Origin: a virus
Virus record (IMG/VR): IMGVR_UViG_3300050494_000042
Reading direction: 5' to 3' (one strand)
DNA length: 64,000 bases
Below are positions 9,661 to 18,062 of the stretch, piece after piece (the stretch's first letter is position 1; each line of letters opens with the position of its first letter). The translations under genes and the position numbers were made by a program. The notes under the pieces are model-generated. The model saw only the letters and a program-made list of their open reading frames with translations, was not told where the DNA came from and made no database searches.

Positions 9661-9743
9661 CTTCAATCGACCCGAAGCAGTGGGATTGTCAGATACTACA
9701 GCGACGAGTTGCAACTACTAACCCGCCACGGTGGATTGCTTGT
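9661..9743 (-). repeat. Mini-array: degenerate array-type repeat, 17-nt spacer, variant-B repeat
   Basis: CAAGCAATCCACCGTGGCGGGTTAGTAGTTGCAAC, TCGTCGCTGTAGTATCT, GACAATCCCACTGCTTCGGGTCGATTGAAG. Confidence 0.8.
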
Positions 9744-10017
9744 TCAGCTTCGGATCGACCTTCGTGGGTGTCGGTACGGGTTCCACCGTCGTCTTCGACT
9801 TGATGTAGTCCGCACACGCCTTCAATAACTGCGACGTCTGGCCGTAGAAGAACGCGGGGGAAGGATGTCCTGCCATCAGAGAACCACCCAGAGAGGCTTC
9901 TGCTTGCCGGTCGATGCCGGATGCCGTCTCGTCACACATTTTGATGAGCACAGCCGGATCAGTCAGATCCGGTGCTCCGGGGAAATCCAATCGAGGAAGC
10001 GGGGATGTCTCAGTCAC
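9718..10017 (-). CDS. Hypothetical protein bracketed by repeats
   Basis: RBS AGGAG before GTG 10017; the stop codon lies inside the 9708-9743 repeat. Confidence 0.6.
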   Translation of the reverse strand: MTETSPLPRLDFPGAPDLTDPAVLIKMCDETASGIDRQAEASLGGSLMAGHPSPAFFYGQTSQLLKACADYIKSKTTVEPVPTPTKVDPKLNKQSTVAG

Positions 10018-10052
10018 GAAAATGGTCTCCTGTTGTTGAAATTTACTGTCTG

Positions 10053-10140
10053 CTTCAATTGACCCGAAGCAGTGGGATTGTCCGCCAGACACGATCCTTC
10101 ATCGCCTTCACCCCTACAAACCGGGAGCAATCGGTTGTTC
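10053..10140 (-). repeat. Mini-array: variant-C repeat, ~28-nt spacer, variant-B repeat
   Basis: GAACAACCGATTGCTCCCGGTTTGTAGGGG ... GACAATCCCACTGCTTCGGGTCAATTGAAG (29/30 identical to the 9661 copy). Confidence 0.8.
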
Positions 10141-10395
10141 TTGACTCTTCGCCAACGTCTCCAGTGTATTCCCACCCGACAGCAAAGCACAGACGATCTT
10201 TTCCACGAAGAGTGGGGAAAGTTCATACTGGCCATGCTGATTCAGGGCGTAATACACATTCTTCCCTGACGGTTGGAGAGGCTGTTCCCCTTCCACCTTC
10301 GGAAGGGTGACGCCCTTGAAGTTCTGGAGTTGGGCAAGAATCTTGGCGAGTCGTTGGGACTCTTGCCCCACAGCTAACATATCAATCGGATTCAT
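10114..10395 (-). CDS. Hypothetical protein directly after the CRISPR array
   Basis: RBS AAAGGAG lies within the 28 nt after the last repeat; the stop TAG lies inside the variant-C repeat. Confidence 0.65.
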   Translation of the reverse strand: MNPIDMLAVGQESQRLAKILAQLQNFKGVTLPKVEGEQPLQPSGKNVYYALNQHGQYELSPLFVEKIVCALLSGGNTLETLAKSQEQPIAPGL

Positions 10396-10423
10396 TCATT
10401 CTCCTTTGGTGGATCGACTGCCG

Positions 10424-10898
10424 GTTGCAACTACTAACCCGTTGCACTGGGATTGTTACGTCTCTTCTGTGTGAGGCACCAACCCAGCGGCTTGTGGTTG
10501 CAACTACAAACCGGTTGCACTCGGTATGTCACGCCGACGCCGAGCAGTTGGCGGCACTCGAACGCAAGTTGCAACTACAAACCGGTTGCACTGGGATTGT
10601 TACCTAGCTTCGACTTCCGTGCCGCATTCATTGCTTCGCCCCTCGATTGCAACTACTAACCCGTTGCACTGGGATTGTTACGATGCTTGTGCTGCTTGTG
10701 GTTGTCCACTCGAAGATGTTGCAACTACTAACCCGTTGCACTGGGATTGTTACCGAAATAAAGGTTCGGGAACTCTGCCATAGGCGCCGTTGCAACTACT
10801 AACCCGTTGCACTGGGATTGTTACAGCCGTCGCCAGGTCCGGCGGCACGAGGAGGCCGGTGTGTTGCAACTACTAACCCGTTGCACTGGGATTGTTAC
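10424..10898 (-). CRISPR. CRISPR array, 7 repeats and 6 spacers
   Basis: 36-nt repeat GTAACAATCCCAGTGCAACGGGTTAGTAGTTGCAAC at 10424, 10497, 10568, 10646, 10718, 10789 and 10863. Spacers are 35-42 nt; the leader-distal repeats at 10497 and 10568 are variants. Confidence 0.97.
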
Positions 10899-10902
10899 TG
10901 CC

Positions 10903-10931
10903 ACTCTACAACACGCCCGCTTCCCAAGCAA
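10903..10931 (-). promoter_or_regulatory. Array leader promoter
   Basis: TTGCTT-N17-TAGAGT, with the -10 box 4 nt before the first repeat. Confidence 0.7.
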
Positions 10932-11020
10932 ATTATTCCTGTTCCGCGAGCGGTTCCCAATTTGACCCATGATCCTTCACATTGAACCCCTATCAAGCGG
11001 GGGGTCATCGCCTGGAAATC

Positions 11021-12925
11021 CTAGACGCGAGCGGGTACTTTCGCCCCAGAAGCCCCCAAAGCCCTGTTTAACAAGTTCGTGGCGGCATTCACTGCCCGAT
11101 CCCTCTTTTCACCACCACAGGACTCGCAGCGAATCCAGCGGCCCGACTTCGGGTGGTCACACGATTCCCCACACTGACAACACGTCGTCACGATGTTCCT
11201 GGCGGACTCAGTAACTTCGTTCATGTATCTTGTTATCTCGTCCCGGAGTTGGGCACAGGAAGACAGTGCCCGATATCGCTTGTTGACGATATCGTTCCCG
11301 TTCTCGACTTCAGGATTCTCAGCCAACTTGTTCCAGTCAATTTCCGCGATCACCACGTCCTTGTACTGATAGCTCAGGTCAATCGCCACTTTTCGGAAGA
11401 AATCCTTCCGCCAGTTCTTGATCTTGTCCCGCTTGTGTGCCCTCCAGTCGCACAGGTGTTTGCTCTGCAAACGCCCCCCGGTGTACTGATTCCTTCCCGT
11501 GGTTGGGTTGAGTTGGATTCTCCCCCACATTCTTTGGAAGATCTCTTCGTCTCCGGGAATCCGATGATCCTTCCACCACCAAATGAGCCACATGAACCTG
11601 TCGGCACTTCGCCACTGAATCAGAGTCTGGGCACGCTCGGTCCACTCTTCGGGAAGGGGATTCGGGTAGTTCACGAACCAGTCGACCAGTTCAGCCCTTT
11701 CAGCTTCAAACAAGGTATCCCGAATGGACTGGAGGGTGTCAAGATAGGACCACCCCTCCACCAATTCTTTGGGAATACGGACGGTTCCGGTCACACCATC
11801 ATCACCAACCCACTCGGTAACGCGGATTTCCCCATCAATCAGACGCCAACCCAACGCCACCGCGACAGTCCCTTCCTGTGCCCGATCCTGTCCGGCCGGG
11901 TGATACGTCCACGCATCCCGTGCGATGTCGAACTGAACATCCCACCGGTAATGAGTTCCAATCTTCCTGCGGGACAGGTGAACCCACTTCACTTCACCGT
12001 CTTCGGGGAGAGGACGCGACATGACAGCCGGAATCGACGCCATCACCGGCTTTCCCTTTTCGTCCGACGATACACGAAAGTGGATGACGACGTACTTCGG
12101 ATGGGGAGCCGTCAGCGGTGGTTGATACGTCCTTTCGATCCAGCAATTCGTGTTGGGGGTGAAGACATCACAGGTCCGAAGAGATGACCCCCCCACGTGA
12201 GCGAACGTTGGCTTCTTGCTGCGTGGATGGATCTTGGGATTGCCTTTGGAGTCCAAAACTGGCTCCTTCGGGGATGTCTTGTCGGGCTTCCGTTGGAACT
12301 GAACCGAGATAACTTCCTCCCCCCGCCACGACTTGAACTTCGGGGGTGGGCCGGTTCTCTTTACACGTCCCACCACTTGCAGGGAAGTAGCCCAGTACAA
12401 CCCACCTTCCACCGCCGCGTTGCGGGCATCTGCCTTTCGTTGTTCAAACGACTTATCGTTGTCCTTCAGGTCGGCTTTCACCTTCGGGTCGGCAAACGCG
12501 GCGTCCCGCTGATCAGAATAGAACTCCCATGCCTGGGACACCACACGCTTCTGAGCGTTGATTTGCTCCACTAGTTCGGGGTCTGACATCAACTGCCGGT
12601 TCTGACTGTTCGACTGGCTGAGTTCATCCCGAAGCTCCTGGAGGCGTTCCTGCTGCTCCTGGGCTGCGTTGTGGAGGGTCGTCAGAGCCGGAAAGTGTCT
12701 GACCAGGATTGGGTCGATGGCTTCCCTGCGGGCACGCTCGATTTCTACCAACTTGTTCTGGAACTGGTGAGCGAGCTTCATCTGGGTAACTGCCAGGTCG
12801 TGTCCATCGAACCTCTGACGGAGGGCTTTCGTGCCGTCAGGATTGATTTCACGCGGACCGGAAAGGAACCCCCGGCAACCGTAGTTGTACTTGCGAGTCG
12901 GTTTGCTCTTGTTACCGAATGCCAT
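11021..12925 (-). CDS. cas12m: Type V-M (V-U1) Cas12m-like effector, RuvC predicted inactive (634 aa)
   Basis: Motifs recalled from Cas12m: QMKLAHQFQNKLVEIE, GLYWAT, ISVQFQR, TVAVALGWR, QWRSADRF, zinc finger CCQC..CESC, DRAVNAATNLL. Adjacent to the array. The start at 12925 is supported by a GGAG RBS and an upstream promoter. Confidence 0.85.
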   Translation of the reverse strand: MAFGNKSKPTRKYNYGCRGFLSGPREINPDGTKALRQRFDGHDLAVTQMKLAHQFQNKLVEIERARREAIDPILVRHFPALTTLHNAAQEQQERLQELRDELSQSNSQNRQLMSDPELVEQINAQKRVVSQAWEFYSDQRDAAFADPKVKADLKDNDKSFEQRKADARNAAVEGGLYWATSLQVVGRVKRTGPPPKFKSWRGEEVISVQFQRKPDKTSPKEPVLDSKGNPKIHPRSKKPTFAHVGGSSLRTCDVFTPNTNCWIERTYQPPLTAPHPKYVVIHFRVSSDEKGKPVMASIPAVMSRPLPEDGEVKWVHLSRRKIGTHYRWDVQFDIARDAWTYHPAGQDRAQEGTVAVALGWRLIDGEIRVTEWVGDDGVTGTVRIPKELVEGWSYLDTLQSIRDTLFEAERAELVDWFVNYPNPLPEEWTERAQTLIQWRSADRFMWLIWWWKDHRIPGDEEIFQRMWGRIQLNPTTGRNQYTGGRLQSKHLCDWRAHKRDKIKNWRKDFFRKVAIDLSYQYKDVVIAEIDWNKLAENPEVENGNDIVNKRYRALSSCAQLRDEITRYMNEVTESARNIVTTCCQCGESCDHPKSGRWIRCESCGGEKRDRAVNAATNLLNRALGASGAKVPARV

Positions 12926-12953
12926 GCTTGGGAACTCCAGAAGGTGGGAAATC

Positions 12954-13018
12954 TTCGCAGCTACCAACCCGCTGCGATGGGAACAGGCAACCCTAGCATG
13001 AGATTCGTTAAAAGGCAA
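12954..13018 (-). promoter_or_regulatory. cas12m promoter followed by a degenerate repeat in the 5' UTR
   Basis: TTGCCT-N17-TAGGGT (extended TG), then GTTCCCATCGCAGCGGGTTGGTAGCTGCGAA. Confidence 0.75.
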
Positions 13019-13019
13019 A

Positions 13020-13628
13020 TTATCGTCCCGGTGGTCTGATTCTCCTGTTCGTGAATGTCCTCCTGCCGTCCATTCCCCCTTCGTTCTGATATCCCATCGA
13101 ATCACCGTCTTCCTCGAACGGAACTCCGGTAATACTCCCGTCGTCGTGGACAGTGATTACCATCACTCTGCCACCCTGGGGGCTTTGTAGAGTCATTCCC
13201 ACGCGAACCGGGAAACCGACATGGAACCGGACGGTGGTGATCTCTGTCTGTCCTTGCTGGACTTCAGGAACGACCGGATTGAACATCCGGACCACTTCCA
13301 TGCACGCCCAGTTCATGTCGAACAGAATTGGTTGGAGAAGATTCCCCAACTGGAACCGGAAGTCATTCTCAGGGTCATTACTCCGAGGACCAGCAAACAT
13401 ATCTCTCGTGGCGAATCCCACAACAAACGCTTGCAAGTTATGAGCAGTCTGTACCATTCCCGCTTCGAGGAGGGCATCATAGAGAGGAATGGCCGCTGTG
13501 GGGTCAGGAGGTGTTAATTCCTCTCCGGACTCTGGCAGATAGCCAACGGACCCCACCAGACGCCACGCCAGATTACCGATGTTGTCGGACCTGCGGACGG
13601 GTCCAACTTGTTGTTCTTGTTCTGCCAT
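13020..13628 (-). CDS. Hypothetical protein
   Basis: 202-aa ORF in the operon direction. Confidence 0.55.
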   Translation of the reverse strand: MAEQEQQVGPVRRSDNIGNLAWRLVGSVGYLPESGEELTPPDPTAAIPLYDALLEAGMVQTAHNLQAFVVGFATRDMFAGPRSNDPENDFRFQLGNLLQPILFDMNWACMEVVRMFNPVVPEVQQGQTEITTVRFHVGFPVRVGMTLQSPQGGRVMVITVHDDGSITGVPFEEDGDSMGYQNEGGMDGRRTFTNRRIRPPGR

Positions 13629-13664
13629 GTGAAATCACTTGTCCTTCGTTCGATTTAATGGAAA

Positions 13665-13991
13665 CTACTGTCCTCGCCGGGCACTCAGTTTCCCACCCAT
13701 CGTTAGTGGGGAAGTTGGTCCTGTTGTCTTTGCTGGTGCTGTAGGGTCTTTATCTTCTTTCGTTTGGATGACGACTGCGAGTATCTGACTCTCGACTAGA
13801 ATAATGCACCTTTCCCCGTTAATGAAGATTGAGGTGTTCTCAACGTAGAGGACAACATCTCCAACTTTGACATTACGTCCAGTACCCACCTGCACAACAG
13901 TGCCACGCAACGGCTTTCCATCGGAATCGTCGGATGGGAACTCAACACGCACCAACACCCGATCACCGAGAAGACGAATGGATTCTTTCAT
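13665..13991 (-). CDS. groES: Co-chaperonin GroES-like protein
   Basis: IRLLGDRVLVRV, GTVVQVGTG, VKVGDVVLY, ESQILAVV. Confidence 0.85.
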   Translation of the reverse strand: MKESIRLLGDRVLVRVEFPSDDSDGKPLRGTVVQVGTGRNVKVGDVVLYVENTSIFINGERCIILVESQILAVVIQTKEDKDPTAPAKTTGPTSPLTMGGKLSARRGQ

Positions 13992-14203
13992 TTCTGTTTC
14001 TTTTTGGGTTCGCAGGGAACGACACTAACGTATTTGTTGATTCGGGCAACACCACGGTCATGAACACTCGTAGCATGTCCCGCACTGATAAGCAAAAAGA
14101 CTTCTCGGAATTCGTCGGTATCGAGAAGGGGCCAGTCCTGAATGAAGACGGCGTATCGCTTGTCGGATGGTGGTGGAGGCTCTCTGGGCGTGGGAGTGTT
14201 CAT
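13988..14203 (-). CDS. Hypothetical protein
   Basis: ORF with overlapping start/stop codons on both sides. Confidence 0.5.
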   Translation of the reverse strand: MNTPTPREPPPPSDKRYAVFIQDWPLLDTDEFREVFLLISAGHATSVHDRGVARINKYVSVVPCEPKKKQK

Positions 14204-14463
14204 TTGTTTTGCCCAGGAAGAACGGAAAATCCGCTGCTTTCAAAATGAGTGATGGGTTTTCCGTTTGCATCGGTGAACATATCACTACACAAACGACCCG
14301 AATACACCGTCCAGAGATTACCCCATATCTCCACAAGCAGTCGATCTACTCCGTTAGTGTACCCCCGAACCCGACGTTCCCCGTCTCCGTACTCAATATC
14401 AAATTCCATTTGATGGCGGGACTTCATGTGGGCATCAACACGGGTGTTTACTTCAATGTTCAT
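14200..14463 (-). CDS. Hypothetical protein
   Basis: ORF with overlapping start/stop codons. Confidence 0.5.
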   Translation of the reverse strand: MNIEVNTRVDAHMKSRHQMEFDIEYGDGERRVRGYTNGVDRLLVEIWGNLWTVYSGRLCSDMFTDANGKPITHFESSGFSVLPGQNK

Positions 14464-14651
14464 TTCGTCTCCGGTTTGGGCTTCTCACGGATCACACGCC
14501 AGAATTCCTTCGCGTTATCCAGTGACATCTTGACGCAATCACAACACATCGGGACGTCGGTGAATGTGCCGTGGATGTAGATATGACTGTCCACAGCATT
14601 TTCAGCCAGTCCCCCACAGCGGTAGCAGTTCTGGATCGGATTAACTTTCAT
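14460..14651 (-). CDS. Small Cys-rich hypothetical protein
   Basis: MKVNPIQNCYRCGG...CCDC; ATGA overlap. Confidence 0.45.
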   Translation of the reverse strand: MKVNPIQNCYRCGGLAENAVDSHIYIHGTFTDVPMCCDCVKMSLDNAKEFWRVIREKPKPETK

Positions 14652-16660
14652 TTTCGTGCTCCTGTCGCAAGAACGGTGTCTATCAACGAAGGTGCCCGAT
14701 TGAGTTCCTGCTCCGACGCTAACTTCTCGTCTATTTCCTTGAGTGGAATCACGGACATTCGGCAGTAGGTATCGTCCACTCCAAGAGAAATGAACAGATT
14801 GCTTCCGTGAACCACAGCCCCACCAGGCCAGCAAACGAACCGCTTCACCACGTTGTCATTGTCTTTGCTGTCTGGCCAAAGCAAAGGAGTTGGTGTCTGT
14901 CTCCAGACATTGAACGGTGGTTCGGGATTGAATGCCACACAGCCAGCGGAATACACACTGCCTTGCAGACGCTTCCGGCACCCGTGTACAATTGACCACA
15001 TCTCGTAACGCTGTTCCTTCTCACTCCACACTTTGATCGGGGACGCTCCACCTCGAATGACCCCACCTGCCCAGGGCAACTTGTTCGGAGTACGCCACGT
15101 CTGGCGGTCGGACATCACGATCATTTCCGGCTTGTGTGCGTAAACCCAGTGAATTTTCCCGTTGTGCTCCCACGCGACCCAGTTCTTCTCATACTTGTTA
15201 GAATTTGGTGACTCGAATACGAAGGTGTCCTCGATGCTTTTAAGGTCATCTGCGAACCGGACGTATCCGACCTGCACCAGCTTCGGGGGATACCCGTCCG
15301 GCAAACTGAATGAAGCGTGGAGTCTGCCTTCGTACAGAAACAGTCGGGGGTCTTCGAGTCGGGTGGCCTGAGCGTGTTTCGATGCCAGCGAGGATACAGC
15401 CGTCACAGACCATTCCCCAAGCCAGTCTTCCTGGGTGTTCTGCAACACCCAAATTCCAGTACGGCTATGACCCCAACTGTCCCGCGTGGCGAGGATCAAT
15501 TGCCCCCGATACTCTGCCACCGAACAATTAAAGTGTCCGTCCGGAACGGGAAGTCGAGTTCTTTCTACGTCAGGTGTCACGAACTGTCGGTATTCACACG
15601 TCTCGCAGGATCGCACAGGAACGTCGGCTTCCTTGATTTTGGCCCCCACCTTCGTGAAGCAGTGATCTCCGTAACGACCACACTTCGCCAGAGGTATCGT
15701 CCTTCCCCCTTCCAGGACACCGATTTCGTTGCTCCACTCCGACCGGTACATACAGGGAAGTGGGTCCGAATATTGGAGTATCACCTGATCCATCTCCGGG
15801 GTGATGTGAAGAGGATCTTGAATCTCCCGTCCCGTCAGGAGTGCCTGGACGTCCCCGTGGTGCCTGCTCTCCGTGACACCGAGGGGTAACGATGGTTCGC
15901 TGCTACTAACCCGCTGCGATGGGTCTGGGGCAGTTCGTGTGACATTTCCATCGGAATTAACCCCCGATAGTGGGTTGTCGCTAACGTCGATACAGGATGG
16001 TGCCCATTCCGGTTTCCCGGTGCCTGCGTAGTCGAATGTTCGCTGCGTTACAATGGACGGGAGGACCGCACACCAGTTCAAAAGTCCCTTCTTCAGGACA
16101 CGTTCCCAGAGTTGCTGATCCAGGTTCCGGTGTGCCGCCCGCATGTGCTCCAGAAGAACCGGGAGAGCACGTCTGCGGAGCATAATGGCGTGTGTGCCGA
16201 AAGGTTCGTTTAGTCTGCACAGACGCGAATCAGGCAATCCAATGCGTTCCGTCACCTTGTTCCAGCAATTAGGCTGCACTTCTGCGGAGCCGAGAAACAC
16301 CAGATCCCACTCCGGGAAGTCGGAATAGAGTTGGCGTTGGAGCAGTTCCAGTTCAGTGTGGTAGTTCTCAGGGAGGGAGACGTCGTCCTCGAAGATGATG
16401 TATTCGTGATTGTCGCGATGAACCCACTCCTGACCCGACAACCAGATGTGCTGCCAGAGATTCCACGTCGAAAGGTTGAGAGAGACGTGACCAGACGGCA
16501 GGTGCTTTCCCGGCTCGTATTCGAGTGTGGTGGAAAGTCCCCAAGTACGTCCGTGGCTGGCCTTCCAGTACGTCGCGTCAATCCCCCGCTCTGCAAGGTG
16601 TTCCTTGCAGGCTTGGGTTCGTTCGGGAAGCTCTTCGCAGTGAATCACATAATACTTCAC
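14648..16660 (-). CDS. Glycosyltransferase family 25-like domain fused to a GH130-like/beta-propeller glycosidase domain
   Basis: N-terminus YVIHC..ERT, GHVSL, YIIFEDD, GTHA; C-terminus LEDPRL, EKNWV, RGGASP, YSAG, WPGG. Confidence 0.6.
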   Translation of the reverse strand: MKYYVIHCEELPERTQACKEHLAERGIDATYWKASHGRTWGLSTTLEYEPGKHLPSGHVSLNLSTWNLWQHIWLSGQEWVHRDNHEYIIFEDDVSLPENYHTELELLQRQLYSDFPEWDLVFLGSAEVQPNCWNKVTERIGLPDSRLCRLNEPFGTHAIMLRRRALPVLLEHMRAAHRNLDQQLWERVLKKGLLNWCAVLPSIVTQRTFDYAGTGKPEWAPSCIDVSDNPLSGVNSDGNVTRTAPDPSQRVSSSEPSLPLGVTESRHHGDVQALLTGREIQDPLHITPEMDQVILQYSDPLPCMYRSEWSNEIGVLEGGRTIPLAKCGRYGDHCFTKVGAKIKEADVPVRSCETCEYRQFVTPDVERTRLPVPDGHFNCSVAEYRGQLILATRDSWGHSRTGIWVLQNTQEDWLGEWSVTAVSSLASKHAQATRLEDPRLFLYEGRLHASFSLPDGYPPKLVQVGYVRFADDLKSIEDTFVFESPNSNKYEKNWVAWEHNGKIHWVYAHKPEMIVMSDRQTWRTPNKLPWAGGVIRGGASPIKVWSEKEQRYEMWSIVHGCRKRLQGSVYSAGCVAFNPEPPFNVWRQTPTPLLWPDSKDNDNVVKRFVCWPGGAVVHGSNLFISLGVDDTYCRMSVIPLKEIDEKLASEQELNRAPSLIDTVLATGARK
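15896..15931 (-). repeat. Repeat variant embedded in frame in the interdomain linker
   Basis: GACCCATCGCAGCGGGTTAGTAGCAGCGAA, nearly identical to the copy in the cas12m leader. Confidence 0.7.
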
Positions 16661-16661
16661 T

Positions 16662-17528
16662 TCACACCCTCGATGGTCCTGTTGCCGTTCCAATGACCCA
16701 ATCAAGTGAACTCGAATGTCCCGCAGGAACTGCCCGCCCCTCAATGTCTGAAGTGATTGGATCATTGTGTCGAATCGGAGCCGGTCCCGCATCCAGTGTG
16801 TCCACACCCTGACCGCCTGAATTCAATCGCACGTCAACCATCGGCGGCAGGCACTCAAATTCAATCCCTGGCCACACGTCGCAAGTATAGTGATCGAGTT
16901 TGCCCTGTACGGGAACCATCGGGCGGAAACTATCCCAACCACGCACACGGAAGTACTCAGAATAGGGAAACGGACGAGACTCGAAGAACTCTCGCACGTT
17001 CGTGTGCTGAAGTGCATTCTCCCCAATCGGGAAACCGGAGTGCGTAGTCAGCTTCACCTTCTGAATTGGCTGTGCGGTATCCGGACAGGGGGAAAACAGC
17101 CCCTCATGACCACAGTCCCGCTTATTTGGATGCCACACCAACTGATCCGCGTGCTTGAGGAAGTCTTCGGCTGAGCAGGTTACGTGCGATATGAAACCAC
17201 GAGTGAATTCCCACTTGTTTGGCACCAATAAAACAAATGGACGCATACTCTCCCACAGCTTATCAGTCAACTCCCGCTCGCGGTCACGAAGACCAGGCAA
17301 TCTCGCCTTCTCGTCACACACAGAACAGTGAATTACACAGCAACTCGCGTCATCGTGCGATGCTGCGTATTCAATCTTCGCCAACTCTACCTGCACACGA
17401 ATAAACTCTGCTCGCTCCGACTGACCATGCTCCTCGTACCAGTCCGCCATCGCCAGACGCACCGAATCCTCATCCGGATTGGTGATGATGGATCGCAGGA
17501 GTAGATTAAAGTCGTTCATATTATTCAA
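16662..17528 (-). CDS. TIGR02996-domain protein
   Basis: LLRSIITNPDEDSVRLAMADWYEEHGQSERAEFIRVQVEL, FTRGF. Confidence 0.8.
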   Translation of the reverse strand: MNNMNDFNLLLRSIITNPDEDSVRLAMADWYEEHGQSERAEFIRVQVELAKIEYAASHDDASCCVIHCSVCDEKARLPGLRDRERELTDKLWESMRPFVLLVPNKWEFTRGFISHVTCSAEDFLKHADQLVWHPNKRDCGHEGLFSPCPDTAQPIQKVKLTTHSGFPIGENALQHTNVREFFESRPFPYSEYFRVRGWDSFRPMVPVQGKLDHYTCDVWPGIEFECLPPMVDVRLNSGGQGVDTLDAGPAPIRHNDPITSDIEGRAVPAGHSSSLDWVIGTATGPSRV

Positions 17529-17542
17529 CGGCAGTTCGACGG

Positions 17543-17624
17543 ATTACAACTACGAACCCGTTGCACTGGGATGCCGACTCCATTTCGCTTCCCACCTACG
17601 AACCCGATGAGTTGGGTTGACTCT
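17543..17624 (-). repeat. Paired repeats at a gene junction
   Basis: AACCCAACTCATCGGGTTCGTAGG (contains the upstream stop), then GTCGGCATCCCAGTGCAACGGGTTCGTAGTTGTAAT (17543-17578). Confidence 0.75.
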
Positions 17625-17847
17625 CCAGAAAATCAATTTCACTGTCGATCCACTTCTGCCCCTCTCCCCGAATCTCGTCAATGTCAAATATGGTAGACCC
17701 AATATCCGAAATGTTAACTTGGAAGTATGTCCTTTCCGGACCACACCAAGAAAACCGGATGTGATGTCCACGATAAGCCATCACCACTTCCGGGGAATGT
17801 GGTGCGTTGGGCATCATCAGTAGCCAATCGTAGAATTCCGACGTCAT
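17596..17847 (-). CDS. Hypothetical protein
   Basis: 83-aa ORF in the operon. Confidence 0.5.
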   Translation of the reverse strand: MTSEFYDWLLMMPNAPHSPEVVMAYRGHHIRFSWCGPERTYFQVNISDIGSTIFDIDEIRGEGQKWIDSEIDFLESQPNSSGS

Positions 17848-18062
17848 TTCTGCCCCTCAATGGCGTCTCCGATAGCCCGGCAGATTCCCTTCTTGTGGTT
17901 GCATGTGTAACGCTTAGCTGAGTCACGAGCGACCTGGGCCGAATTCCTCTGGACCTGCTTCAACGCAGCCAGAATGATTTCCTTCGACATGATGTTTGGG
18001 TAGATGTCAAGAGAAGCCGCTACGTCATTTGCAGCTTTCTGGGCTTGTTCTTCCAGCGTCAC
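17844..18062 (-). CDS. Hypothetical protein
   Basis: GTG start overlaps the previous stop. Confidence 0.45.
   Translation of the reverse strand: MTLEEQAQKAANDVAASLDIYPNIMSKEIILAALKQVQRNSAQVARDSAKRYTCNHKKGICRAIGDAIEGQK

Noticed and set aside
2800-10717. 10-nt match ATGCTTGTGC between spacer 10682-10717 and the promoter region near 2802
   Set aside because: Too short, and at the PAM-distal end of the predicted guide.
11021-13105. Reading the effector as an IS200/IS605 TnpB transposon gene, or using the 13105 start
   Set aside because: No TnpA or transposon ends, an adjacent CRISPR array and Cas12m-type N-terminal motifs. The extra 60 codons overlap the promoter and the upstream gene.
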